From an uncultured Alphaproteobacteria bacterium (lineage in GTDB: Bacteria; Pseudomonadota; Alphaproteobacteria; Rhizobiales; Xanthobacteraceae): DNA of 64,000 nt. Location: the NCBI GenBank assembly GCA_963816775.1, contig CAWFLX010000060.1, positions 2,600 through 66,599 on the forward strand, in the 5' to 3' direction. The notes beneath the pieces are model-generated. The model was given only the letters and a program-made list of their open reading frames with translations, was not told the origin of the DNA and did no database searches. The translations under genes were made by a program, and so were the position numbers. Of the stretch, positions 7,646 to 17,009 are shown in pieces; within the stretch, counting starts at the first letter, position 1; each line of letters begins with the position of its first letter.

Positions 7646-8857
7646 ATGAGTGAACCCCTGGTCATCGTCGGCAATGGCATGGCGGCGGCCCGCTTTTGCG
7701 AGGAGCTCGTCGATCGCGCCTGCGGCCGTTATGCCATCGCGGTGATCGGCGAGGAGCCGCGGCTGGCCTATAATCGGGTGCTGCTGTCCTCGCTGCTGGC
7801 TGACGAGGTTTCCGCAACCGACGTTGAGCTCAAGCCGGCGCGCTGGTGGCGCGATCGCGGCGTGACCGTGCTCTACGGCCACCCCGCGACCGCGATCGAT
7901 CCCGCGATCCGCCGGGTGCGCCTGGCCAACGGGGCGAGCATTCCCTACTCGAAGCTCGTCATCGCGACCGGCTCACGCCCGATCCGTCTCACCGCGCCGG
8001 GCATGGATCTGAGCGGTGTCAAAGTCTTTCGCGACTTTGCCGACGTCGCCGAGCTGCGCAGCGCCGCCAAGGGGGCGCGCGCCGTCGTCATCGGCGGTGG
8101 ATTGCTGGGGCTCGAGGCCGCGTACGGCCTCGCCAAGGGCGGCGCCAAGGTCACGCTCGTTCATCTCATGGATCGCCTGATGGAGCGCCAACTCGACGCG
8201 CGCGCGGCGCAGATGCTGGCGCGCGAAGTCGAGGCGCGCGGCGTTTCCGTCCTGCTCGGCGCCGAAACCACCAAGGTTGAAGGTCACCGTCGCGTTGAGG
8301 GCGTGCGGCTCGCGGACGGCCGCGTGATCGAAGCCGATCTTCTGGTAGTGGCGGTCGGCGTACGTCCGAACGTCGAGCTCGCGCGCACCGCCGGGATCGA
8401 GGTCAACCGCGGGATCGTTGTCGACGACGGCTTGCAAACCAGCATCGCTGACATTCACGCCATTGGCGAATGCGCCGAGCATCGCGGCCAATGCTACGGC
8501 CTGGTCGAGCCGGCGCATGAACAGGCGCGCGTGTTGGCGCAGCGCCTCGCCGGCGTCGACGCGCGTTATCCGGGCAGCGTGCTTGCCACCAACCTCAAGG
8601 TCTCGGGCGTCAAAGTTTTCTCCGCCGGTGATTTCCTGGGTGCGGCCGGCACCGAAGCAATCGTGCTCTCGGACCCGGGTCTCAAGACCTACAAGAAGCT
8701 CGTCATCGCAAACGACCGCCTGGTCGGCGCGGTCCTGTTCGGCGATACCGCCGACGGTCCCTGGTACCTCGATCTGATCCGCGCCGGGGCGTCCATTGGC
8801 GATGTCCGCAACGACCTAGTGTTTGGTCGGGCGGTGGTCGAGCTCATGGCGGCGTGA
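7646..8857 (+). CDS. FAD-dependent NAD(P)H oxidoreductase, NirB N-terminal-like (Flp-like)
   Basis: 403 aa. Dinucleotide motifs VIVGNGMAAARF and AVVIGGGLLGLEAA. Resembles the flavoprotein part of NirB and has no siroheme domain. Confidence 0.8.
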   Translation: MSEPLVIVGNGMAAARFCEELVDRACGRYAIAVIGEEPRLAYNRVLLSSLLADEVSATDVELKPARWWRDRGVTVLYGHPATAIDPAIRRVRLANGASIPYSKLVIATGSRPIRLTAPGMDLSGVKVFRDFADVAELRSAAKGARAVVIGGGLLGLEAAYGLAKGGAKVTLVHLMDRLMERQLDARAAQMLAREVEARGVSVLLGAETTKVEGHRRVEGVRLADGRVIEADLLVVAVGVRPNVELARTAGIEVNRGIVVDDGLQTSIADIHAIGECAEHRGQCYGLVEPAHEQARVLAQRLAGVDARYPGSVLATNLKVSGVKVFSAGDFLGAAGTEAIVLSDPGLKTYKKLVIANDRLVGAVLFGDTADGPWYLDLIRAGASIGDVRNDLVFGRAVVELMAA

Positions 8858-8858
8858 C

Positions 8859-10616
8859 ATGTCCAGCGATTTCTCGCCTGAGCAGAAGCGCTACCTGGAG
8901 GGTTTCGTCTCCGGCCTCACCGCGGCGCGCACGTCCCGTGCCGGCGCGCCGGCGGCCGCAAGCGAGCCAATCGGGCCGGATGCAATCCATCGCAAGGCGC
9001 AGGACCGCGTATTGGCGGCGGGCAGGAAGCTGTCGGAGCAAGAGAAGTTCAAGCGCGACGAGCACCCATTCGACGCCTATCCACGCTTGCAGGATCAGGC
9101 CGCAAAGAACGAGGCACCCAAGCCGGCGGACAATTTCCGCTGGCGCTATCACGGCCTGTTCTATGTGGCGCCGGCGCAGAGTTCCTACATGTGCCGGCTG
9201 CGCATTGCGAACGGGATTCTCAAGCATTGGCAGTTCGCCGCCGTGGCGGACATTGCGGAGCGGTTTGGCGGCCCCTACGCCCATGTCACCACACGCGCCA
9301 ATCTGCAGCTGCGCGAGATCGAGCCCAAGAATGCGGTCAACGTCGTGGAAGCGATTCAAGACATCGGCCTGTGCTCGCGCGGCGCCGGCGCCGACAACAT
9401 CCGCAACGTCACCGGCACCCCGACTGCGGGTATCGATCCGCAGGAGCTGATCGATACCCGGCCGTGGGCGCGGCAATGGCATTTCCACATTCTCAATGAG
9501 CGCGCGCTCTATGGGCTGCCGCGCAAATTCAACGTGGCGTTCGATGGCGCCGGCACCATTCCGGTTCTGGAAGACACCAACGACATCGGCTTTCAGGCGG
9601 TCGTGGTGAAAGACGGGTTTGGCGTCGAGCCCGGCGTATGGTTCCGCCTTGCCCTCGGCGGAATTACCGGTCACCGCGATTTCGCGCGCGATACCGGGGT
9701 GATCGTCACGCCGCCAGACGCCACCAAGGTTGCCGACGCGATCGTGCGCGTCTTCATCGAGCACGGCGATCGCACCGACCGCAACAAGGCGCGGCTGAAA
9801 TATGTGCTCGATGCGTGGGGCTTCGAAAAATTCCTGGCTGCGGTGGAGGAAAAACTCGGGTGCAAACTCACGCACATCGCCCCCGACGCGATCGCGCCGC
9901 GGCCGGCGTTCGACCGCCTCGCCCATATCGGCGTGCATGCCCAGAAGCAGGCCGGACTGTCGTGGATCGGCGTGGTGCTGCCGGTCGGCAAGCTCAGCTG
10001 CGCGCAGATGCGCGGCCTCGCCAAGATCGCGGCTGATCTCGGCGACGGCGATATCCGCCTCACGGTCTGGCAGAACCTCCTGATCTCGGGCGTGCCGGCC
10101 GACAAGGTGGCACTCGCCGAGGCCGCGATCGACGCGCTCGGGTTGTCGACCAAAGCCACGTCCATCCGCGCGGGACTCGTCGCCTGCACCGGCAGTGTCG
10201 GGTGTCGCTTCTCGGCCTCCGACACCAAGCGCCACGCGGAGGAGATCGCGCGCTGGTGCGAGGCGCGCCTCGCGCTCGACGGGCCGGTCAATATTCACCT
10301 CACCGGCTGCCATCACTCCTGTGCGCAGCACTATGTCGGCGACATCGGGCTTCTTGCGGCGAGGATCGCCGTGAACGAGGACGGCGACACTATCGAGGGC
10401 TATCACATCCACGTCGGCGGCGGCTTCGGGCCGGACGCGGCGCTCGGCCGCGAGCTCTTCCACGACGTGAAGGCCGAGGATGCGCCGCGCACGGTCGAGC
10501 GCATTCTGCAAGCCTATCTCGCGCACCGTTCCGGAACCCAGGAAATGTTCCTCGCATTCGCGCGCCGCCACGACGTCGACGCGCTCAAGGCGATGTGCGG
10601 GGAGGCGCTGGAATGA
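8859..10616 (+). CDS. nirA: ferredoxin-type siroheme nitrite (or sulfite) reductase, NirA family
   Basis: ATG 8859 lies 1 nt after the flp stop. Two NIR/SIR repeats and the 4Fe-4S/siroheme Cys motifs (CTGSVGCRFS ... TGCHHSCAQHYVGDIG). Confidence 0.8.
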   Translation: MSSDFSPEQKRYLEGFVSGLTAARTSRAGAPAAASEPIGPDAIHRKAQDRVLAAGRKLSEQEKFKRDEHPFDAYPRLQDQAAKNEAPKPADNFRWRYHGLFYVAPAQSSYMCRLRIANGILKHWQFAAVADIAERFGGPYAHVTTRANLQLREIEPKNAVNVVEAIQDIGLCSRGAGADNIRNVTGTPTAGIDPQELIDTRPWARQWHFHILNERALYGLPRKFNVAFDGAGTIPVLEDTNDIGFQAVVVKDGFGVEPGVWFRLALGGITGHRDFARDTGVIVTPPDATKVADAIVRVFIEHGDRTDRNKARLKYVLDAWGFEKFLAAVEEKLGCKLTHIAPDAIAPRPAFDRLAHIGVHAQKQAGLSWIGVVLPVGKLSCAQMRGLAKIAADLGDGDIRLTVWQNLLISGVPADKVALAEAAIDALGLSTKATSIRAGLVACTGSVGCRFSASDTKRHAEEIARWCEARLALDGPVNIHLTGCHHSCAQHYVGDIGLLAARIAVNEDGDTIEGYHIHVGGGFGPDAALGRELFHDVKAEDAPRTVERILQAYLAHRSGTQEMFLAFARRHDVDALKAMCGEALE

Positions 10617-12220
10617 CAACGCCCGTGTCCTCGCCGATCCCGTCACTGGTTCCCGAAACCGCGCCGTTTTCGCCCGAGCAGCGCGCCTGGCTCAATGGTT
10701 TCTTTGCCGGCCTGGTGTCGCTCGATGGGAGCGTGACACCGCTCACCGCGGAACAATCGGCCGCGCTGATGCCGGGTGCGCCGGCGGGCGATGGCGACGA
10801 CGGTGAAGCGCCCTGGCACGACCAGTCGTTGGAACTTCCCGACCGCATGAAGCTCGCGGAAGGCCGTCCGCTGCGGCGGCGCATGATGGCCGCGATGGCG
10901 CAGCAGGACTGCGGTCAGTGCGGCTACAACTGCAACGACTATTCGGAAGCGCTGTTTACCAAGAAGGAAGAGCGACTGAACCTGTGCGTGCCGGGTGGCA
11001 AAGACACCGCCCGCATGCTCAAGAAACTCTATGAGGAGATGGACGCGACGGCGGCCGCGCCCGCAATCATCTCCCGGCCGGATGAACAGCCGGCACCGAT
11101 CGCACCGGCCGGCATCACGCGCGATACGCCGGCAATGGCGCGCTTTCGCTCGCGTACGCGGCTCAACAAGAAAGGCTCCGAGAAGGAGACCTGGCATATC
11201 GAGTTCGACCTGACCGACAGCGGGATCGAGTACGTGGTCGGCGATTCGTTCGGCCTCTACCCGACCAACGATCCGGCACTGGCCGACGCAGTCATTCGAG
11301 CGATCGGCGCGCCGTCGGATTTTCCAATCGGTGGGCGTACCCTGCGTGATGTGCTGATCGAGGGCGTGTCGCTCGCACCCGCGCCCGACATGCTGTTTCA
11401 ACTGATCTCCTACATCACCGGCGGCGAGCGCCGGCAGAAGGCGCGTGCGCTGGCGGAGGGTGAAAATCCCGACGGCGACGCCGAAACCCTCGACGTGCTG
11501 GCGGCGCTGGAGAAATTTGCCGGCGTGCGTCCCGACCCGGAAGCGTTCGTGGAAGCGCTCGATCCGCTGCAGCCGCGGCTCTACTCGATTGCCTGCTCGC
11601 CCAAGAGCAACCCGAATGCGATCGCGCTCACCGTCGACGCGGTGCGCTACCCCATCAACGGCCGCGGCCGCCTTGGCGTCGCCTCGACGTTCCTCGCCGA
11701 ACGGGTTGCGCCCGGCGATACGATCAAGGCCTATGTCCAGAAAGCGCATGCGTTCGGCCTGCCGAGCGATCCAGCAACCCCGATCATCATGATCGGTCCC
11801 GGCACCGGAATCGCGCCGTTCCGCGCGTTTCTGCACGAGCGCATGGCCACCAAGGCGTCCGGCCGCAACTGGCTGTTCTTCGGCCACCAGCGGCGCGACT
11901 GCGATTTCTTCTACGAAGACGAACTTACCGGCATGAAGGCAGCCGGCGTGCTGTCGCGCTTGTCGCTCGCCTGGTCGCGCGACGGGCAACAGAAATTCTA
12001 CGTGCAGGATCGCATGCGCGAAGTCGGCCGCGAACTGTGGGCCTGGCTCGCCGAGGGCGCGCACCTTTACGTCTGCGGCGACGGCAAGCGCATGGCCAAG
12101 GACGTGGAGCGCGCGCTGGTCGACATCACCGCCCAGTTCGGCGCGCGCACGACCGATGAGGCGATCGCGTTCGTGGCGGACCTCAAGCGCCAGGGCCGCT
12201 ATCAGCAGGACGTCTACTGA
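10613..12220 (+). CDS. CysJ-like FAD/NADPH reductase lacking a recognisable flavodoxin domain, with N-terminal Cys motif
   Basis: ATGA overlap with nirA. C-terminal FNR-like module (RLYSIACSP, GPGTGIAPFRAF, YVCGDGKRMAKDV, ends QQDVY). N-terminal region has CGQCGYNC...LC instead of an FMN domain. Confidence 0.75.
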   Translation: MTTPVSSPIPSLVPETAPFSPEQRAWLNGFFAGLVSLDGSVTPLTAEQSAALMPGAPAGDGDDGEAPWHDQSLELPDRMKLAEGRPLRRRMMAAMAQQDCGQCGYNCNDYSEALFTKKEERLNLCVPGGKDTARMLKKLYEEMDATAAAPAIISRPDEQPAPIAPAGITRDTPAMARFRSRTRLNKKGSEKETWHIEFDLTDSGIEYVVGDSFGLYPTNDPALADAVIRAIGAPSDFPIGGRTLRDVLIEGVSLAPAPDMLFQLISYITGGERRQKARALAEGENPDGDAETLDVLAALEKFAGVRPDPEAFVEALDPLQPRLYSIACSPKSNPNAIALTVDAVRYPINGRGRLGVASTFLAERVAPGDTIKAYVQKAHAFGLPSDPATPIIMIGPGTGIAPFRAFLHERMATKASGRNWLFFGHQRRDCDFFYEDELTGMKAAGVLSRLSLAWSRDGQQKFYVQDRMREVGRELWAWLAEGAHLYVCGDGKRMAKDVERALVDITAQFGARTTDEAIAFVADLKRQGRYQQDVY

Positions 12221-12421
12221 GTGAAGTCATGGAAGCGGGCCGCGCGTATCCGAATGAACCTGCCAAGCCTCCGGAGGGCGCAAATGTATTGCGCGTCCGG
12301 CGGCTGAGAGATGGGATATTAAACCTCATTTCCGCGATCATTAAGAGATATTTTCTTTTATTGGCCAGATCATTGCGCTCTGTTGAAATAAAATTCTATC
12401 TATTGGGACGAGCCCTCGTCT

Positions 12422-13942
12422 TTGCGAGCAGCGATCATGTCCCTTCAGACCAGTCATCCCGCCGATTGGACCGCCGCCGACCGGACGGCGCGCGAGCGGA
12501 CCACCCAGACCCCATGGATCAGCGAGGATTGGCTGTCCGTGGTGATCGGCCTCTTCATCTTCGTGCTGGCGCTGGCGGTGCTCGCCAACGTCGATCTGAT
12601 CGGCTGGGTCGTCACGACCTCGGTCTGGAGCAATGTGACGCTCGCGCTCAACACCAACTCGAAAACGTTCGCGGGGCTCGGGGGCATCGGCGCGCTGGTG
12701 GCGACCTACGTGGCGCTGCTCATCGTGTTCAGCGCGGCTGCGGTTGCGCTCAAGAGCGATGTGAAGAAATTCGCGCTCGCGTTCACGGCGGTGTTCTGGA
12801 TCGCCTATGCGAGCTGGATCGCCGGCAACTACGCCAATTTCGCCGCGGTGACGCCGGCCGAGCTGCAGAAATTCGGCATCAGCTGGTCGCTCAAGCTCAC
12901 CAACGAGGGCGCCTACATCTTCGCGCTGATCGCCGGGCTGCTGATCGCCAACTTCCTGCCGGGCTTCGCCGAAGCCATCAAGGATGCGGTCCGGCCCGAA
13001 CTCTACATCAAGGTCGCGATCGTGATTTTGGGCGGCTTCTTCGCGGTGACCGCGGCCGGCAAGCTCAATCTTGCGAGCGCGCTGCTGCTGCGTGGAGTAG
13101 CGGCGATCATCGAGGCTTATCTGATCTACTGGGCGGTGGTCTATTTCGTCGCCCGCAAATGGTTTGGCTTCAACCGCGAATGGGCGGCGCCGCTGGCGTC
13201 GGGCATCTCGATCTGCGGCGTATCGGCGGCGATCGCGACCGGCGGTGCGATCCGGGCACGTCCGCTGGTGCCGGTGCTGGTGTCGTCGCTGGTGGTCGTG
13301 TTCGCGGTGATCGAAGTGCTGATCCTGCCGTTCCTGGCACAGACCTTCCTGTCTGGCGAGCCGCTGGTGGCGGGCGCCTGGATGGGGCTTGCGGTCAAGA
13401 CCGACGGCGCCGCGGTTGCGGCCGGCGGGATTACCGAGTCGCTGATCCTGGCGAAGGCCGCGGCCGAAGGCATCAAGTATCAGCCGGGCTGGATTCTCGG
13501 CACCGCCGCGACCGTGAAGGTGTTCATCGACATCTTCATCGGCATCTGGGCGTTCGTGCTCGGCTGGATCTGGACCAACCACATCAACAAGGCCGGCAGC
13601 GACAAGGCCAAGATCGTGGAGATCTGGGAGCGCTTTCCCAAGTTCATCATCGGCTTCGTGATCACGTTCGCGGTCGGGCTCTACCTCGCCTTGGGGACGC
13701 CGGCGGACATCGCCTCGAAAGTGCCGGCGGCGATCGGCGAGGCCAACGCGTTCCGCGTGATCTTCTTCATCCTGACCTTCTTCTCGATCGGCGTGCTCTC
13801 CAACTTCCGGAAGCTCTGGCAGGAAGGCATCGGCAAGCTCGCGGCCGTGTACGTGGTGAGCCTGTTCGGGTTCGTGATTTGGGTCGGGCTCTTGATCTCG
13901 TGGCTGTTCTTCGCCGGCATCAAGCCGCCGCTGGCCGGTTGA
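12422..13942 (+). CDS. YeiH/UPF0324 (putative sulfate exporter, PSE) family membrane transporter
   Basis: 506-aa polytopic ORF. GISICGVSAAIATGGAI and GLAVKTDGAAVAAGGI resemble YeiH signature regions. Start uncertain (TTG 12422 or ATG 12437), with no clear SD. Confidence 0.7.
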   Translation: MRAAIMSLQTSHPADWTAADRTARERTTQTPWISEDWLSVVIGLFIFVLALAVLANVDLIGWVVTTSVWSNVTLALNTNSKTFAGLGGIGALVATYVALLIVFSAAAVALKSDVKKFALAFTAVFWIAYASWIAGNYANFAAVTPAELQKFGISWSLKLTNEGAYIFALIAGLLIANFLPGFAEAIKDAVRPELYIKVAIVILGGFFAVTAAGKLNLASALLLRGVAAIIEAYLIYWAVVYFVARKWFGFNREWAAPLASGISICGVSAAIATGGAIRARPLVPVLVSSLVVVFAVIEVLILPFLAQTFLSGEPLVAGAWMGLAVKTDGAAVAAGGITESLILAKAAAEGIKYQPGWILGTAATVKVFIDIFIGIWAFVLGWIWTNHINKAGSDKAKIVEIWERFPKFIIGFVITFAVGLYLALGTPADIASKVPAAIGEANAFRVIFFILTFFSIGVLSNFRKLWQEGIGKLAAVYVVSLFGFVIWVGLLISWLFFAGIKPPLAG

Positions 13943-13960
13943 ACCTGAAAGGAATCCGTC

Positions 13961-14116
13961 ATGTCGCAACCGAACATCAGCGACGAGCTGCGCAAAGCCC
14001 CGGCCGAACCGCTGCTGCCGATCGAAAAGCAATTGATCGGCTGGAGCCTCGGCATCGGAATCGCGCTCCTGATCGTGCTCGCAGTGGTCAACCACTACTT
14101 TCCGGTGACGCTGTAG
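13961..14116 (+). CDS. 51-aa single-TM membrane peptide (below the ORF-track size cutoff)
   Basis: ATG 13961 is preceded by GAAAGGAA (13947-13954), 18 nt after the transporter stop. Translation: MSQPNISDELRKAPAEPLLPIEKQLIGWSLGIGIALLIVLAVVNHYFPVTL. Confidence 0.5.
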   Translation: MSQPNISDELRKAPAEPLLPIEKQLIGWSLGIGIALLIVLAVVNHYFPVTL

Positions 14117-14315
14117 CGTTTGCGAACCGCGCGTACCCCGGACCGCGTGGCGCGCAGCGCCATCGCGTGATCCGGGGTCCAGGAGAAGCTCGCCGCGAAG
14201 CGGCTCGACGTTGTCGCTTCGCGAAATTGTCTGCTGGGTCCCGGATCGTCGCTCCGCCTCGCAATTGCTCGGCGTCGCTTGTCCGGGACATGAGCCCCAC
14301 ACGAAGGTGGCTCGC

Positions 14316-17009
14316 ATGAACGTGCATCAGCCGCCGCAGGTCCGCACCACCTGCCCCTACTGCGGGGTCGGATGCGGTTTGCTGGCAACGCCGGACGGCC
14401 GTGGCGGCGCGATGATTTCAGGCGATGCCTCCCATCCGGCGAATTTCGGACGGATGTGCTCGAAGGGCGCGGCGCTGGGCGACACGCTGGGCCTGACCGG
14501 CCGGCTGCTGCACCCGATGCTGCGCCAGCGCGACGGCAGCTTTGCGCGGGTGGATTGGACGAGCGCACTCAACCGGGTGGCCGGGGAATTCGAGCGCATT
14601 CTCGATCGCGACGGGCCGGACGCGATTGCGTTCTATCTCTCCGGCCAGCTGCTGACCGAGGACTATTACGTCGCCAACAAGTTGATGAAGGGCTTTTTGG
14701 GTTCCGCCAACGTCGACACCAATTCGCGCCTGTGTATGGCCTCGACGGTGGCGGGGCATCGGCGGGCATTCGGGTCCGACACGGTGCCGGGCAGCTATGA
14801 GGACCTCGATGGTGCCGACCTGCTTGTGCTCGTCGGCTCCAACGCGGCCTGGTGCCATCCGGTGCTCTACCAGCGCATGATCGCCAACAAGCGGGCGCGT
14901 GGGGCAAAGATCGTTGTGATCGATCCGCGTCGCACCGCGACCGCCGAGGACGCCGATCTGGTGTTGCAACTCGCGAGCGGGACCGACACCGCGCTGTTCT
15001 GCGGCCTGCTTGTGCACCTCGCCGAGCGTGGCGCGCTCGACCAGCGCGCGATTGAAACGCACACGAGCGGCTTCGACCACGCGCTTGCGCGTGCCTATGA
15101 AATCGCACCCGACGCCGGCGCCACCGCGCGCGCCACCGGCCTGACCCCCGTCGAGGTGATGCGCTTCTTCGATCTGTTCCGTGCCGCCGACAAGGTCGTG
15201 ACCGCGTTCTCGCAGGGCGTCAATCAGTCGGCGCAGGGTACCGACAAGGTCAATGCGATCATCAATTGTCATTTGGCAACTGGGCGCATCGGTAAGCCCG
15301 GCATGGGGCCGTTCTCACTCACCGGCCAGCCCAACGCCATGGGGGGACGCGAGGTCGGCGGCCTCGCCAACCAGCTCGCCGCCCACATGAGCTTTACGCC
15401 TGACGAGATCGACCGCGTGCGCCGCTTCTGGGACGCGCCGCGCATGGCGAGCCACGAAGGCCACAAGGCGGTCGCCATGTTCGACGCGGTCGCGCGCGGC
15501 AAGATCAAGGCGCTATGGGTCATGGCGACCAACCCAGCGGTGTCGATGCCGGATGCTTCGTTGGTGCGCGCAGGGCTCTCCAAGCTCGAGTTGCTGGTGG
15601 TGTCCGAGAATGTGATTTCGAACGACACCGTGAACAGCGGCGCTCACATTCTGCTGCCGGCCGCCGCCTGGGGCGAGAAGGACGGCACGGTCACCAATTC
15701 GGAGCGGCGGATTTCGCGCCAGCGCGCCTTCCTGCCGCTTCCGGGCGACGCCATGCCGGACTGGTGGATGGTGAAAGAGGTCGCGCACCGTCTTGGATTT
15801 GCGGCCCAGTTCCCATACGGCTCGGCCGCCGACGTGTTTCGCGAGCACGCGGCGCTCTCCGCGTTCGAGAACGATGGGACGCGCGATTTCGACATCGGCG
15901 CGCTCGCTGCCCTCGACGACGATGGCTACGATGCGCTCGAGCCGACGCAATGGCCCGCGCCGGCGCGACGCCCGGTCCGCGATCGCTTGTTCGCGGACGG
16001 CCGCTTCTTCACGCCCGACCGCAAGGCGCACTTCATTGCGCCCGAGCCGCCGACGCCGAGCACCCCGACCACACCGGACTTCCCGTTCCGTCTCAACACC
16101 GGGCGCGTGCGCGACCACTGGCACACCATGACGCGCACCGGCATGAGCCCGAAGCTCGCCGCGCATCGCGCCGAGCCATTCGTCGAGATCCATCCGGACG
16201 ACGCGGCATGTGTCGGGGTGCGCGACGACAGCTTTGCGCGCGTAGCGACCCGCTATGGGTCGGGCGTGCTCAAGGTCCGCCTCAACGAGGGCCAACAGCC
16301 GGGCACGTTGTTCGCCCCGATCCACTGGAGCGAGGCCAATTCCGCGGCCGCCCGCGTCGGCGATCTGGTAGCGCCGGCCACCGATCCCTATTCGGGCCAG
16401 CCGGACGCCAAGGCGACGCCGGCCGCAATCGTGCCAGTAGAATTTCGCATGCGCGGATTTGCGCTGGCGCGCGCGCCGATCGCTCTGCCCGACGGGACCT
16501 GGTGGGCGCGGATCGCGGTCACAGGCGGGGTCGGCTACACATTCGCCACCAACACGAGCCCGGCTGCCTGGCGCGACCATCTTGCCGGCCTGTTCGCAGG
16601 CGAGCTTGCCGAATACGTCGACGAAGCGCGCGGCATCTTCCGCGCCGCGTCGTTCATCGACGGGCGCCTGGATGGCTGCGTCTTCCTGGGTCCCACGGGC
16701 AACGCATCAAAGGCAGTGCCGCCCTGGGACGCCGTCAAGGCCTTGTTTGAGGCCGATACCATCGCGGAGCGCGAGCGGCAGACCTTGCTCTCCGGCCGCA
16801 ATGGCCTGCCCGATCCCGGACCGCTGGTCTGCGCCTGTTTCGCGGTCGGCCTCGCCGAAATTCAGAACACGGTTGCGTCCGGCGCGGCGACGGTCGAAAA
16901 CATCGGCAAGGCGTTGCGTGCCGGGACCAATTGCGGGTCGTGCCTGCCCGAGTTGCGGAAGATCGTCGCCCGCGCGCAAGCCACGGAGGATGTTCATGAG
17001 CGCGTCTGA
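14316..17009 (+). CDS. nasC: assimilatory nitrate reductase catalytic subunit (molybdopterin, with C-terminal BFD-like 2Fe-2S domain)
   Basis: ATG 14316 after GAAGGTGG. N-terminal CPYCGVGCG 4Fe-4S motif. MopB-family sequence throughout. C-terminal CACFAVG...GTNCGSCLPE. Confidence 0.9.
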   Translation: MNVHQPPQVRTTCPYCGVGCGLLATPDGRGGAMISGDASHPANFGRMCSKGAALGDTLGLTGRLLHPMLRQRDGSFARVDWTSALNRVAGEFERILDRDGPDAIAFYLSGQLLTEDYYVANKLMKGFLGSANVDTNSRLCMASTVAGHRRAFGSDTVPGSYEDLDGADLLVLVGSNAAWCHPVLYQRMIANKRARGAKIVVIDPRRTATAEDADLVLQLASGTDTALFCGLLVHLAERGALDQRAIETHTSGFDHALARAYEIAPDAGATARATGLTPVEVMRFFDLFRAADKVVTAFSQGVNQSAQGTDKVNAIINCHLATGRIGKPGMGPFSLTGQPNAMGGREVGGLANQLAAHMSFTPDEIDRVRRFWDAPRMASHEGHKAVAMFDAVARGKIKALWVMATNPAVSMPDASLVRAGLSKLELLVVSENVISNDTVNSGAHILLPAAAWGEKDGTVTNSERRISRQRAFLPLPGDAMPDWWMVKEVAHRLGFAAQFPYGSAADVFREHAALSAFENDGTRDFDIGALAALDDDGYDALEPTQWPAPARRPVRDRLFADGRFFTPDRKAHFIAPEPPTPSTPTTPDFPFRLNTGRVRDHWHTMTRTGMSPKLAAHRAEPFVEIHPDDAACVGVRDDSFARVATRYGSGVLKVRLNEGQQPGTLFAPIHWSEANSAAARVGDLVAPATDPYSGQPDAKATPAAIVPVEFRMRGFALARAPIALPDGTWWARIAVTGGVGYTFATNTSPAAWRDHLAGLFAGELAEYVDEARGIFRAASFIDGRLDGCVFLGPTGNASKAVPPWDAVKALFEADTIAERERQTLLSGRNGLPDPGPLVCACFAVGLAEIQNTVASGAATVENIGKALRAGTNCGSCLPELRKIVARAQATEDVHERV

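Noticed and set aside
8844-10646. 600-aa ORF antisense to nirA, and similar very long alternative-frame ORFs (e.g. 12229-14319 +, 12341-14317 -, 15515-16750 +, 26840-28429 +, 55530-57107 -, 57408-58481 -).
   Set aside because: Their translations are Arg/Ala/Gly/Pro-rich and low-complexity, with no family resemblance. They overlap ORFs with clear homology-like motifs. Such stop-free shadow frames are expected at ~64% GC.
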